Source of the DNA: Bacteroidales bacterium
Lineage (GTDB): Bacteria; Bacteroidota; Bacteroidia; Bacteroidales; UBA10428
Assembly (NCBI GenBank): GCA_016934395.1
Contig: JAFGSZ010000008.1
Location: 16,421-80,420, forward strand
Direction of reading: 5' to 3'
DNA: 64,000 nucleotides
Below are positions 19,001 to 27,973 of the stretch, in pieces (the stretch's first letter is position 1; the number at the start of each line of letters is the position of its first letter). The translations under genes and the position numbers were made by a program. The notes under the pieces are model-generated. The model was not told where the DNA came from and did not search any database. It saw only the letters and a list, made by a program, of their open reading frames with translations.

Positions 19001-20893
19001 TTATTTTTTCGAGTCCAGAATTTTTTCTATTTCATCCATAATCCTGTTCATAGCAGCCATGGCTTTTTCAAAGGGTTCGGAGGTGGTCATATCCACACCT
19101 GCGGTTTTAAGCACATTGATCGGATAATCAGAACCGCCGGCGGAAAGAAACGCCATATATTTTTCTTTTGCTCCTTTTTCCTTATTCAACACTTTTTCAG
19201 CCAAAGCAGTGGAAGCTGTAAATGAGGTGGAATACTGGTATACATAATAATTGTAATAAAAATGAGGGATATAGGCCCATTCATAAACCACCAGATTGTC
19301 GATTAAACAAACACCCTCATCAGCGCCGTAATATTTCTTTAAAATTTCACCGTAAAGTTCTGTAAGCAGATCTCCGGTAAGCGGAATTCCCTGCTCAGCC
19401 TTTTCGTGGATCAGCAATTCATATTCGGCAAACTGGGTTTGACGAAATAAAGTGCCTTTAAAATTATCCAGGTAGCTCATTAAAAGTGAAAGCCTTGTAT
19501 CATTATCTTTTATTTTTTTCAGCATCATATCATTTAATAAAGCTTCATTAAACGTAGAGGCTACCTCTGCGACAAAAATTGAATAATCTGCTTTGGGGAA
19601 AGGCTGTGTTTTATTGGAAAAATAACTGTGCATGGTGTGTCCCATCTCGTGAGCCAGGGTGCTAACATCATCATACTGATCATTATAATTCAGCAGAATG
19701 TAAGGGTGCACATCATATGCATTACCACTGGAATAGGCTCCTGACCGTTTACCTGGAGTAGGATATACATCAATCCATCGTTCATTCAGCGCTTTCGAAA
19801 CCACATTTACATACTCATCACCCAGGGGTTTAACAGCTTCCAGCAAAAGTGCTTTGGCCTCATCATAATTGTATTTCAGATCAACACCTTTTACGGCAGG
19901 AGCATATAAATCCGAATATTTTAAAGTATCCAGACCCATCATCCGCTTTTTAAGTTTCAGGTAACGGTGAAAAGTTCCAAGATTTTTATTTACATTATCA
20001 ATTAAAGAATGATATACATCCACAGGAATATTATTGGCATCCAGGGCACGTTCGAGCGATGAATTATATCCACGGGCCTTGGCATAAAAAATATCACTTT
20101 TTACGTTTCCATAAAGTTGTTCTCCATAAGAACCTTTAAATTTTTCAAATGCCGACCAGAACTCATGAAATACCAGTTCACGATCGCTCCGGTTGGGTAC
20201 TGCCCTGTATTTGCTGTAGCCTGATTTATCGAGTGTAACTGTAGATCCGTCGCTTAATGTTACTGTTGGATAGGGCATTTCTGCATTACTGAATAAATTG
20301 TAAATATTCGCTGCATTTCCTGATATTAAACCAGCCTGGGCTAATATTTTTTCTTCCGGTTCAGATAGAGTATGTGCTTTTCTTCTAAACAGGTTGCCTA
20401 ATGACATGCTGTATACCTGCAGCTTTGGTTCTTCCTTCATAAAATTTTCAATAACAGACCAGTCAACCGAAAGAATTTCCGGCTCAATATAAGCAGCTTT
20501 GGCTGAATAATCCGTAAACATTTGTTCAAGTTCCTGCTGCATAGATAAATTTTTTGAAATGCGGGTGTCCTCATCCGATTTCATTGAAGCATAACTGAAT
20601 AATTTGTATGCTTCTTTCATAAGCTCACTGGTAAAGTCGAGACATGCCAGTAAATTTTCGGATGAACTGGTTAAGGTTCCTTTAAATTCCAGGATTTTAT
20701 CAAATTGTGCGGCAACCTCTTCTTTAGCCTGGTTCCAGGCTTCATCGTTTGCATAAATATCCTGAAGGTTCCATTTGTATTTTTCAGAAATATCAGCCCT
20801 GTTTTTCTGGGCAAATACCGGTGATACCAGAAATAATGCCAGTCCCAGAACAACAAAAAGTCTTGAAATCCGGTTAATTGATGTCTTTTTCAT
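19001..20893 (-). CDS. pepF: M3B oligoendopeptidase F with a signal peptide
   Basis: Contains the HEMGH zinc motif, has M3B family length and architecture, and carries the N-terminal signal LVSPVFAQ. Confidence 0.9.
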   Translation of the reverse strand: MKKTSINRISRLFVVLGLALFLVSPVFAQKNRADISEKYKWNLQDIYANDEAWNQAKEEVAAQFDKILEFKGTLTSSSENLLACLDFTSELMKEAYKLFSYASMKSDEDTRISKNLSMQQELEQMFTDYSAKAAYIEPEILSVDWSVIENFMKEEPKLQVYSMSLGNLFRRKAHTLSEPEEKILAQAGLISGNAANIYNLFSNAEMPYPTVTLSDGSTVTLDKSGYSKYRAVPNRSDRELVFHEFWSAFEKFKGSYGEQLYGNVKSDIFYAKARGYNSSLERALDANNIPVDVYHSLIDNVNKNLGTFHRYLKLKKRMMGLDTLKYSDLYAPAVKGVDLKYNYDEAKALLLEAVKPLGDEYVNVVSKALNERWIDVYPTPGKRSGAYSSGNAYDVHPYILLNYNDQYDDVSTLAHEMGHTMHSYFSNKTQPFPKADYSIFVAEVASTFNEALLNDMMLKKIKDNDTRLSLLMSYLDNFKGTLFRQTQFAEYELLIHEKAEQGIPLTGDLLTELYGEILKKYYGADEGVCLIDNLVVYEWAYIPHFYYNYYVYQYSTSFTASTALAEKVLNKEKGAKEKYMAFLSAGGSDYPINVLKTAGVDMTTSEPFEKAMAAMNRIMDEIEKILDSKK

Positions 20894-21035
20894 AATGAAT
20901 AGATTTCTATTTTGTATAAAGATTGTGAATATAAATTTCCGTAAAAAATAATAGATAATAAATCAAACAGCAAGTAAACAAAACATTTTTATTAGAAATT
21001 TGACAAATATCAGGTTTTAGGAAAATGCCATTTAT

Positions 21036-21452
21036 TTATTCCTGCGAATTAATAATTTCTTCATATTTATTATAAATCATTAATTCCTCTCTCCGCAACC
21101 GGGTGCTTAGTAATGTAAATAAATTTCCAAAATCTTTTTTAAGTTCGGAATGATCAAGGTTTTCAGCGTATTTGTTAAAAAAGTTTTCTGTAAACTCCTT
21201 AATTTTATCAATATCAGTAGCAAACTCGCCGAGCATATTTTTCAGCAAAAAGTCAGATTCTGCCGCTTTAAACAATACGGGGTATAATATTTCCGCTTCC
21301 TTTTTAAGGTGGGTTTTAAAATGTTCACGTGCATGAATCAATAAATTAAACCCTTCTTCTGAATCAGGACCTAATTTTTTTATCTCATTTAATAATTGGG
21401 CACATTTGGTGTGCTCTTCTTTTAATTCGAGGATTAGCTTATTCATAGTCAT
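21036..21452 (-). CDS. Hemerythrin-like (HHE cation-binding) domain protein
   Basis: A 138-aa helical protein with His/Glu motifs EEH, HAREHFKTHLKKEAEILYP and RLRREE. Confidence 0.6.
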   Translation of the reverse strand: MTMNKLILELKEEHTKCAQLLNEIKKLGPDSEEGFNLLIHAREHFKTHLKKEAEILYPVLFKAAESDFLLKNMLGEFATDIDKIKEFTENFFNKYAENLDHSELKKDFGNLFTLLSTRLRREELMIYNKYEEIINSQE

Positions 21453-21561
21453 GCTTTTAATTATTAAAGAAATAATCTTTTTACTCTAATATTCTATTAT
21501 CCGAATTTTATACTGCAATCTTTAATCTTCTTTAAAACCTCAAATAATTATTAATTATCTA

Positions 21562-22326
21562 TTATCTGGTAAACACCCATTCATTTTTTGTAGAAAGGTT
21601 TTCCTGATAAAAATACCCTTCTTCTTCAAACATTTTTAATTGTTGCGGATCGTTAATCCGGTTTTTAAGGATATATCGTGTCAAAAGTCCCCGGGCTTTT
21701 TTAGCATATATTGTTATCACATTGTATTGATCATCTTTTAGCTCTTTAAAAACAGGAGTAATTACTCTTTGTTTAAAATTATTTAATAACGCTGCTTTTG
21801 CATATTCATTTGACGCCAGATTAATAATTATTTTTTCTTTATGAGACGCCAGGAGATTGAAAAGATGTTTATGAATTTTTTTATCCCAGAATTCATACAG
21901 ATTATTTTTTCTTCCAATCTTTATTTTAGTGCTCATTTCAAGCCGGTATGGCCGGATCAGATCCAGAGGCCTGAGAATTCCATGAAGTCCCGATAATATC
22001 CGTAAATGATCCTGGGCAAAATCCAGGTCGGCAGCAGTAAGGGTGTACGCCTTTAATCCGTTGTACACTTCACCGTTAAAAGCAAGTACTGCCTGTTTAG
22101 CCTCCGGTAGTGTTAAATCCGGTTGCCATTGCTGAAAACGGCTGTAATTTAAGTCAGCAATTTTACTGCTTACATTCATTAAGGCTGCAATATTCTTAGG
22201 CGATAAAGTTTTCAGTCTCTTTATGATTTTTTCTGATTCTTCTAAAAAAACCGGTATAGTATATTTATCCGTAACATTCTGAGCATTAAAATTTAAATTT
22301 TTAGCAGGAGAAATAATGGTAATCAT
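21562..22326 (-). CDS. yaaA: Peroxide stress protein YaaA (UPF0246)
   Basis: The N-terminus MITIISPAKNLNF and the length of about 254 aa are typical of YaaA. Confidence 0.9.
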   Translation of the reverse strand: MITIISPAKNLNFNAQNVTDKYTIPVFLEESEKIIKRLKTLSPKNIAALMNVSSKIADLNYSRFQQWQPDLTLPEAKQAVLAFNGEVYNGLKAYTLTAADLDFAQDHLRILSGLHGILRPLDLIRPYRLEMSTKIKIGRKNNLYEFWDKKIHKHLFNLLASHKEKIIINLASNEYAKAALLNNFKQRVITPVFKELKDDQYNVITIYAKKARGLLTRYILKNRINDPQQLKMFEEEGYFYQENLSTKNEWVFTR

Positions 22327-22454
22327 GATTTTATTTTTTTTGAAAATAACAAGAAAAATACAAAAAAGTTAAAAACATTCGATTTACTATTACACTATAT
22401 GTGATTTGTTAATCATCAATGTCAAAGTCTGCTTGCCGACTTCCGATTGCCGGT

Positions 22455-22538
22455 TACTAATCTCTACAAACTGCTTACTGCCTAATGCCTACTACTTATT
22501 GCCTACTGCCTACTGCCTACTACCTACTACAAACTGCA
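22455..22538. repeat. About 12 degenerate tandem heptads (consensus TACTGCC) in the yaaA-tex intergenic region
   Basis: Read in register: tactaat ctctaca aactgct TACTGCC taatgcc tactact tattgcc TACTGCC TACTGCC tactacc tactaca aactgca. Position 4 is T in all 12 units. Confidence 0.8.
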
Positions 22539-22638
22539 AAACTGCCCACTGCAAAAGACTTTTAACTTTTTACGTACATTTTACCGATCTCAAGTTACCT
22601 GCCAGCAAAAAAACCTCAAAAAAATCCTCCTAATTTTT

Positions 22639-22646
22639 TACCTTTG
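22639..22646 (+). promoter_or_regulatory. Bacteroidota -7 box (TAccTTTG) for tex
   Basis: tacctttg lies 65 nt upstream of the tex ATG at 22711 and downstream of the heptad array. Confidence 0.45.
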
Positions 22647-22710
22647 CGCCCGTCGCAATATTCAGAATTATTGCTTTCAAACAACAAGTACAACTACTAC
22701 TCAACTGATT

Positions 22711-24837
22711 ATGAAAGAAAACTATGCTGAAATAATTTCAAAAGCTTTATTAATCACCCCTCAACAGGTAAACAATACCATAGCCCTTTTTGAAACGGGG
22801 GCTACTGTTCCCTTTATCAGCCGCTACAGGAAAGAGATGACCGGCAGTCTTGATGAAGTTCAGGTTGCGGAAATTAAGACCCAGCTGGCAAAATTAATCG
22901 AACTTGATAAGCGCCGGGACAGCATATTAAAATCCATTGAAGAACAGGATAAATTAACTCCGGAACTCAAAGACAAAATTCTGAAGGCTGACTCCCTTAC
23001 TGAACTTGAAGACCTATACCTCCCCTATAAACCAAAAAGAAAAACAAAGGCCTCGATTGCCAGGGAAAAGGGCCTGGAGCCGCTGGCAAAGATTGTAATG
23101 AAACAAAAGGAAATTATGATCTTTGAGAAAGCTGAAGAATTTGTTACCGACCAAGTTCCCAATGCCGAAGAGGCTTTACAGGGGGCCCGGGATATTATAG
23201 CAGAATGGATTAATGAAAACAAAAAAGCACGGGATTCGGTTCGTTTTCTTTTTGGAAAACAGGCTATGGTTTCTTCCACCCTTGTAAAAGGAAAAGAAGA
23301 GGAAGGAATAAAATACAAAGACTATTTCGAGTTTTCCGAGCCTCTTTCAAAATGCCCGTCGCACCGCATGCTGGCGCTCAGACGTGGTGAAGAAGAAGGT
23401 TTTTTAAAGGTAACCATTTCACCGGATATTGAGGCAGCAACAGAAATCCTGGAAAATCTTTTTGTAGATGGATATTACGACGTTTCGGAACAGGTAAGAA
23501 TGGCTGTGGCTGATGCTTATAAGAGACTGCTTGAGCCTTCGATTGAAAATGAGTTCAGGGCCAGTTCAAAAGAGAAAGCCGATAAAGAAGCCATCCGTGT
23601 ATTTGCTGATAATCTTCGTCAGTTGCTAATGGCCTCCCCATTGGGTGAAAAACGCGTATTAGCCCTGGATCCGGGGTACCGCACCGGTTGTAAGTTGGTA
23701 TGCCTGGATGCCCAGGGTAATTTGTTGCATAATGAAACCATATACCCTCATCCTCCGCAGAGTGAAACCAAACAAGCCGGTAAAAAAATGGTCTCTCTGG
23801 TTAATGCATTTAAGATCGAAGCCATAGCCATTGGTAATGGTACTGCCGGCAGGGAAACCGAGCATTTTGTTAAAAAAGTGAAATTTGACCGCGATTTACA
23901 GGTGTTTGTTGTGAATGAAGCCGGCGCATCCATCTATTCCGCCTCCAAAGTGGCCCGGGATGAGTTTCCTCAATACGATGTTACTGTGCGGGGAGCCGTT
24001 TCCATTGGCCGCAGATTATTGGATCCATTAGCGGAACTTGTTAAGATAGACCCTAAATCTATTGGCGTTGGTCAGTACCAACACGATGTGGATCAGAATA
24101 ACCTCAAAGAAAGCCTCGACCAGATAGTGCAAAGCTGTGTGAATGCAGTTGGAGTGGATTTAAATACATCAAGTAAACATTTGCTAACCTATATATCTGG
24201 TCTGGGACCTCAGCTGGCTCAAAATATTGTAGACTATCGTAAAGAAAACGGAGCATTTACATCAAGGGAAGAATTGAAAAAAGTTACCCGGATGGGAGAT
24301 AAAGCTTTTGAACAGGCTGCCGGTTTTCTCAGGATCCGGAATTCAAAACAACCCCTGGATAACAGCGCTGTGCATCCTGAGAGTTATTTTATTGTTGAGA
24401 AAATGGCAAAAGACCAGGGGGTGGATATTGAAGTGTTATTAAAAGACGAAGAAAAAAGAAGCCGGATCGATCCAAATAAATATGTAAAAGGGAATATCGG
24501 CTTACCTACCTTACGTGACATTCTGCAGGAACTGGCCAAACCCGGACGCGACCCTCGATCAAAAATTAAAGTTTTTGAATTCGCCGATGGTATATACAAA
24601 ATTGATGATGTGAAACCCGGGATGGTGCTGCCCGGAATTGTAACCAATATTACAAATTTTGGAGCTTTTGTGGATATTGGGGTAAAACAGGACGGCCTGG
24701 TACATATTTCACAATTGGCCGACCGATTTATAAGTAATCCATCCGAGGTGGTTACCCTGAACCAGCATGTAAAAGTAAAAGTGCTGGAAGTGGATGCTGC
24801 AAGAAAAAGGATTCAATTATCATTGAAAGACATTTGA
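22711..24837 (+). CDS. tex: Tex transcription accessory protein (S1 RNA-binding domain protein)
   Basis: 708 aa with a YqgF/RuvC-like VLALDPGYRTGCKLV, an HhH region and a C-terminal S1 domain (GIVTNITNFGAFVDIGVKQDGLVHISQL). Confidence 0.95.
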   Translation: MKENYAEIISKALLITPQQVNNTIALFETGATVPFISRYRKEMTGSLDEVQVAEIKTQLAKLIELDKRRDSILKSIEEQDKLTPELKDKILKADSLTELEDLYLPYKPKRKTKASIAREKGLEPLAKIVMKQKEIMIFEKAEEFVTDQVPNAEEALQGARDIIAEWINENKKARDSVRFLFGKQAMVSSTLVKGKEEEGIKYKDYFEFSEPLSKCPSHRMLALRRGEEEGFLKVTISPDIEAATEILENLFVDGYYDVSEQVRMAVADAYKRLLEPSIENEFRASSKEKADKEAIRVFADNLRQLLMASPLGEKRVLALDPGYRTGCKLVCLDAQGNLLHNETIYPHPPQSETKQAGKKMVSLVNAFKIEAIAIGNGTAGRETEHFVKKVKFDRDLQVFVVNEAGASIYSASKVARDEFPQYDVTVRGAVSIGRRLLDPLAELVKIDPKSIGVGQYQHDVDQNNLKESLDQIVQSCVNAVGVDLNTSSKHLLTYISGLGPQLAQNIVDYRKENGAFTSREELKKVTRMGDKAFEQAAGFLRIRNSKQPLDNSAVHPESYFIVEKMAKDQGVDIEVLLKDEEKRSRIDPNKYVKGNIGLPTLRDILQELAKPGRDPRSKIKVFEFADGIYKIDDVKPGMVLPGIVTNITNFGAFVDIGVKQDGLVHISQLADRFISNPSEVVTLNQHVKVKVLEVDAARKRIQLSLKDI

Positions 24838-24976
24838 GAATAATTTTTTTAGAAAAAATTCAATTTTCCGGCAAAACAAACCGTTCGGAAAATAATTCTT
24901 TTAATTTTTTGTGAATTGGTGGTATCAATCTAATCTTTTAATTATTTTTATTACACAAAATAAACTCCGCCAGATT

Positions 24977-27100
24977 ATGAAAACATATTGTAAACTTTTA
25001 TCCTGCCTTCTTGTTGTCGGGATAAGCATGTTATATTCCTGTAAAAGAAGTGAAATTATGGAACCACCTGTTGCACAGAAAATCGCGAAAGAGCTTACCA
25101 TTCATGATCATACCAGGATTGATAATTATTTCTGGCTTAACCAGCGTGAAAACCCTGAAGTAATTAAATATCTCGAAGACGAAAATGCGTATACAAAATC
25201 GGTAATGGGAGATACAGAAGAGCTTCAGGAAAAACTGTACAATGAAATTGTTGGGCGGATAAAACAAACAGATATGTCTGTCCCCTACCTGGAAAACGGA
25301 TATTATTATTATACCCGCTACGAAGAGGGAAAAGAATACCCGATATATTGCAGAAAAAAGGAAACCCTGGATGCCGAAGAAGAAATTATGCTCAATGTAA
25401 ATGAAATGGCTGAAGGATATAGTTATTACCAGGTTGTTGGCCTTTCCGTAAGTCCCGATAACCAGATTTTATCTTATGGTGTGGATACCCTGAGCCGTCG
25501 TAAGTACACCCTCAACTTCAAAAACCTGAATACGGGAGAACTTTATGAAGATAAGATTTATAATACTTCAGGCAGCGCTTCGTGGGCAAACGATAATAAG
25601 ACCCTGTTTTACACTATTAAAGATGATCAAACCCTGCGGCCCTATAAAATATTTAAACATAAACTTGGCGCCGATTCAGAAAATGATGTGGCGATTTACG
25701 AAGAAAAGGATGATACCTATAACGCCTATGTTTATAAATCAAAATCCAAAAAATATATTATCATTTCATCTTCAAGCACCTTATCGAATGAATACCGTAT
25801 TTTAAATGCAGATACTCCCGATCAGGAATTCAAACTTTTTAACCCCCGCCAGAGGGAACATGAATACTGGATATCACATTTTGAAGACCGGTTTTATATT
25901 CTTACCAATCTCGATGCACTGAACTTTAGATTAATGGTTACACCGGAAAATGCCACCGACGTTTCTAACTGGAAGGAAGTGATCCCACACAGAAAAGAGG
26001 TATACCTTCAGAATTTTGAGATGTTCAGCAATTATATGGTACTCGAAGAAAGAATAAAAGGATTGACCAACCTTAGGGTAATTGATATGCACTCTAAAGA
26101 TGAATACTATATTAATTTCCCGGAGCAGGTTTATGAAACCTGGATATCCACCAACCCGGAATTCGAAACCAATATTCTTCGCTTTGGTTATTCATCGCTT
26201 ACCACGCCCAATTCTACTTACGATTACAATATGGAATCCAAAGAGCGCGAACTAAAAAAACAACAGGAAGTTCTGGGTGAATTTAATGCAGACGATTATT
26301 TTGCCGAACGTCTTTTTGCCAAGGCTGATGATGGAACGGAAATCCCGATTTCATTAGTTTATAAAAAAGGATTAAAAAAAGACGGGGAAAATCCGCTGCT
26401 TTTATATGGCTATGGTTCTTATGGGCATACAATCGATCCGTATTTTAGTTCCATTCGGTTAAGCCTGCTCGATCGCGGATTTGTTTATGCCATTGCGCAC
26501 GTTCGTGGCGGCCAGATAATGGGACGGCAATGGTATGAAGATGGCAAATTGCTAAAAAAGAACAATACGTTCACAGATTTTAACGACTGTGCCGAATTCC
26601 TTATTAAAGAAAAATTCACGAGTACGGATAAACTTTTTGCCATGGGAGGCAGTGCCGGCGGATTATTAATGGGAGTGATCATAAATCTTCAGCCCGAATT
26701 GTATAAAGGGGTAATAGCGGCAGTACCCTTTGTGGATGTTATCACCACCATGCTGGATGAAAGTATTCCCTTAACCACGGGTGAATATGATGAATGGGGA
26801 AATCCGAATGAGAAGGAATATTATGATTATATGCTTTCTTATTCGCCTTACGATAATGTGGAAGCAAAAGATTATCCGAATATGCTGGTTACGGCCGGAC
26901 TGCATGATTCCCAGGTTCAGTATTGGGAACCTGCCAAATGGGTAGCCAAGCTCAGGGAATTAAAAACAGACAAACACTTGTTGCTGCTGCATACCAATAT
27001 GGACTATGGGCATAGCGGTGCTTCGGGAAGATTTCAGCGCTACAGGGAAACGGCCCTTGAATATGCGTTTATGTTTAAATTATTAAATATCAAAGAATAA
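24977..27100 (+). CDS. ptrB: S9A serine peptidase, oligopeptidase B-like, probable lipoprotein
   Basis: Has the nucleophile elbow GGSAGGLL and a beta-propeller plus hydrolase layout. I prefer the start at MKTYCKLLSC...MLYSC (lipobox), with the ATG at 24977. Confidence 0.88.
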   Translation: MKTYCKLLSCLLVVGISMLYSCKRSEIMEPPVAQKIAKELTIHDHTRIDNYFWLNQRENPEVIKYLEDENAYTKSVMGDTEELQEKLYNEIVGRIKQTDMSVPYLENGYYYYTRYEEGKEYPIYCRKKETLDAEEEIMLNVNEMAEGYSYYQVVGLSVSPDNQILSYGVDTLSRRKYTLNFKNLNTGELYEDKIYNTSGSASWANDNKTLFYTIKDDQTLRPYKIFKHKLGADSENDVAIYEEKDDTYNAYVYKSKSKKYIIISSSSTLSNEYRILNADTPDQEFKLFNPRQREHEYWISHFEDRFYILTNLDALNFRLMVTPENATDVSNWKEVIPHRKEVYLQNFEMFSNYMVLEERIKGLTNLRVIDMHSKDEYYINFPEQVYETWISTNPEFETNILRFGYSSLTTPNSTYDYNMESKERELKKQQEVLGEFNADDYFAERLFAKADDGTEIPISLVYKKGLKKDGENPLLLYGYGSYGHTIDPYFSSIRLSLLDRGFVYAIAHVRGGQIMGRQWYEDGKLLKKNNTFTDFNDCAEFLIKEKFTSTDKLFAMGGSAGGLLMGVIINLQPELYKGVIAAVPFVDVITTMLDESIPLTTGEYDEWGNPNEKEYYDYMLSYSPYDNVEAKDYPNMLVTAGLHDSQVQYWEPAKWVAKLRELKTDKHLLLLHTNMDYGHSGASGRFQRYRETALEYAFMFKLLNIKE

Positions 27101-27120
27101 ATTTCTTTTATAAACTTCAA

Positions 27121-27251
27121 GAGGCTGTCCAAAAAGTCAGAATACAAGGAATTCTCGCAAAGCTGCTAAGTCGCAAAGGTTTGTTTATCAACAACTAACC
27201 TCTTAGCGTCTTGGCGAGAAATAACTTCTTTTTAGACACCCTCTTTTTTTT
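27121..27251 (+). repeat. 123-nt composite imperfect palindrome plus a T8 run; REP/MITE-like hairpin serving as the ptrB terminator
   Basis: Outer arms are gaggctgtccaaaaag / ctttttagacaccctc (14 of 16 paired). Inner arms are ttctcgcaaagctgctaag / cttagcgtcttggcgagaa (16 of 19 paired). The apical aggtt/aacct pair follows, then tttttttt. Confidence 0.7.
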
Positions 27252-27456
27252 GATTTTTGAGAAGGTCTGCAAAAAAAAATAAATATATTTTCATAAATTC
27301 AGGTAAATCAGGTAAAAAGAAATTACCCATGTTTCAAACAATTTGTTTCAGGTATTTGTTAATCATTAATTAATGTCACATAATGAATTTATCGGTATGA
27401 AAAAGTTTTTATAAATTTTTAACAAAATATTATAAAACTTACATGTATTGATTACG

Positions 27457-27464
27457 TAAATTTG
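27457..27464 (+). promoter_or_regulatory. Bacteroidota -7 box (TAaaTTTG) for the metal-efflux operon
   Basis: taaatttg lies 20 nt upstream of the ATG at 27484. Confidence 0.45.
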
Positions 27465-27483
27465 AATTGTTGATGTTCCCTTA

Positions 27484-27861
27484 ATGTTCAGAAAACTCGC
27501 ACATATTATCCTTTCATTGTTCCTGCTGACTACTACAACAGGAATAACACTTTCTAAACATTATTGCGGCGGTAAGCTGGTATCCACCAGCCTAAATCAC
27601 CATGTAAAATCATGTTGTGACATGGATGGCTGTTGCCATGATGAGACCATAAGCATTCAGGTAAAAAATGATTTTGTATCTCCTTCCATTACAGAGAATA
27701 CAGAAATTGCTGAATTTAGTATATTCTTTCCATTAGTTCTCGGCTTTTCTACAGAACCATTAAACAATAATGAATCTTTACATCCCTTAACTTCAGATTC
27801 TTCACCTCCGGGATCTCCCGATCATACTAAACTTTCTTTCCTGCAGACATATTTGTGTTAG
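27484..27861 (+). CDS. Small secreted or anchored Cys/His-rich protein (HYC_CC_PP-like)
   Basis: Has the signal/anchor MFRKLAHIILSLFLLTTTTGITLS, then KHYCGGKLVSTSLNHHVKSCCDMDGCCHDE (5 Cys, 4 His), and later SSPPGSPDH. The family name is recalled, not verified. Confidence 0.55.
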   Translation: MFRKLAHIILSLFLLTTTTGITLSKHYCGGKLVSTSLNHHVKSCCDMDGCCHDETISIQVKNDFVSPSITENTEIAEFSIFFPLVLGFSTEPLNNNESLHPLTSDSSPPGSPDHTKLSFLQTYLC

Positions 27862-27973
27862 ACAATCTGTTAATTGAACTTATAGGTTGATTTATAATTA
27901 TTGAGTTAACCTGTAATTCAATTTTAATTTTGTAAATTATTAATTCACAGAATGTTTATCAAAATATTTATAT

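Noticed and set aside
22406-22633. A 75-aa ORF in the track ([15 protein letters not shown]...[21 protein letters not shown]...).
   Set aside because: It is the translation of the TACTGCC heptad array. Its composition is repeat-driven, it has no start context, and it overlaps the tex promoter region.
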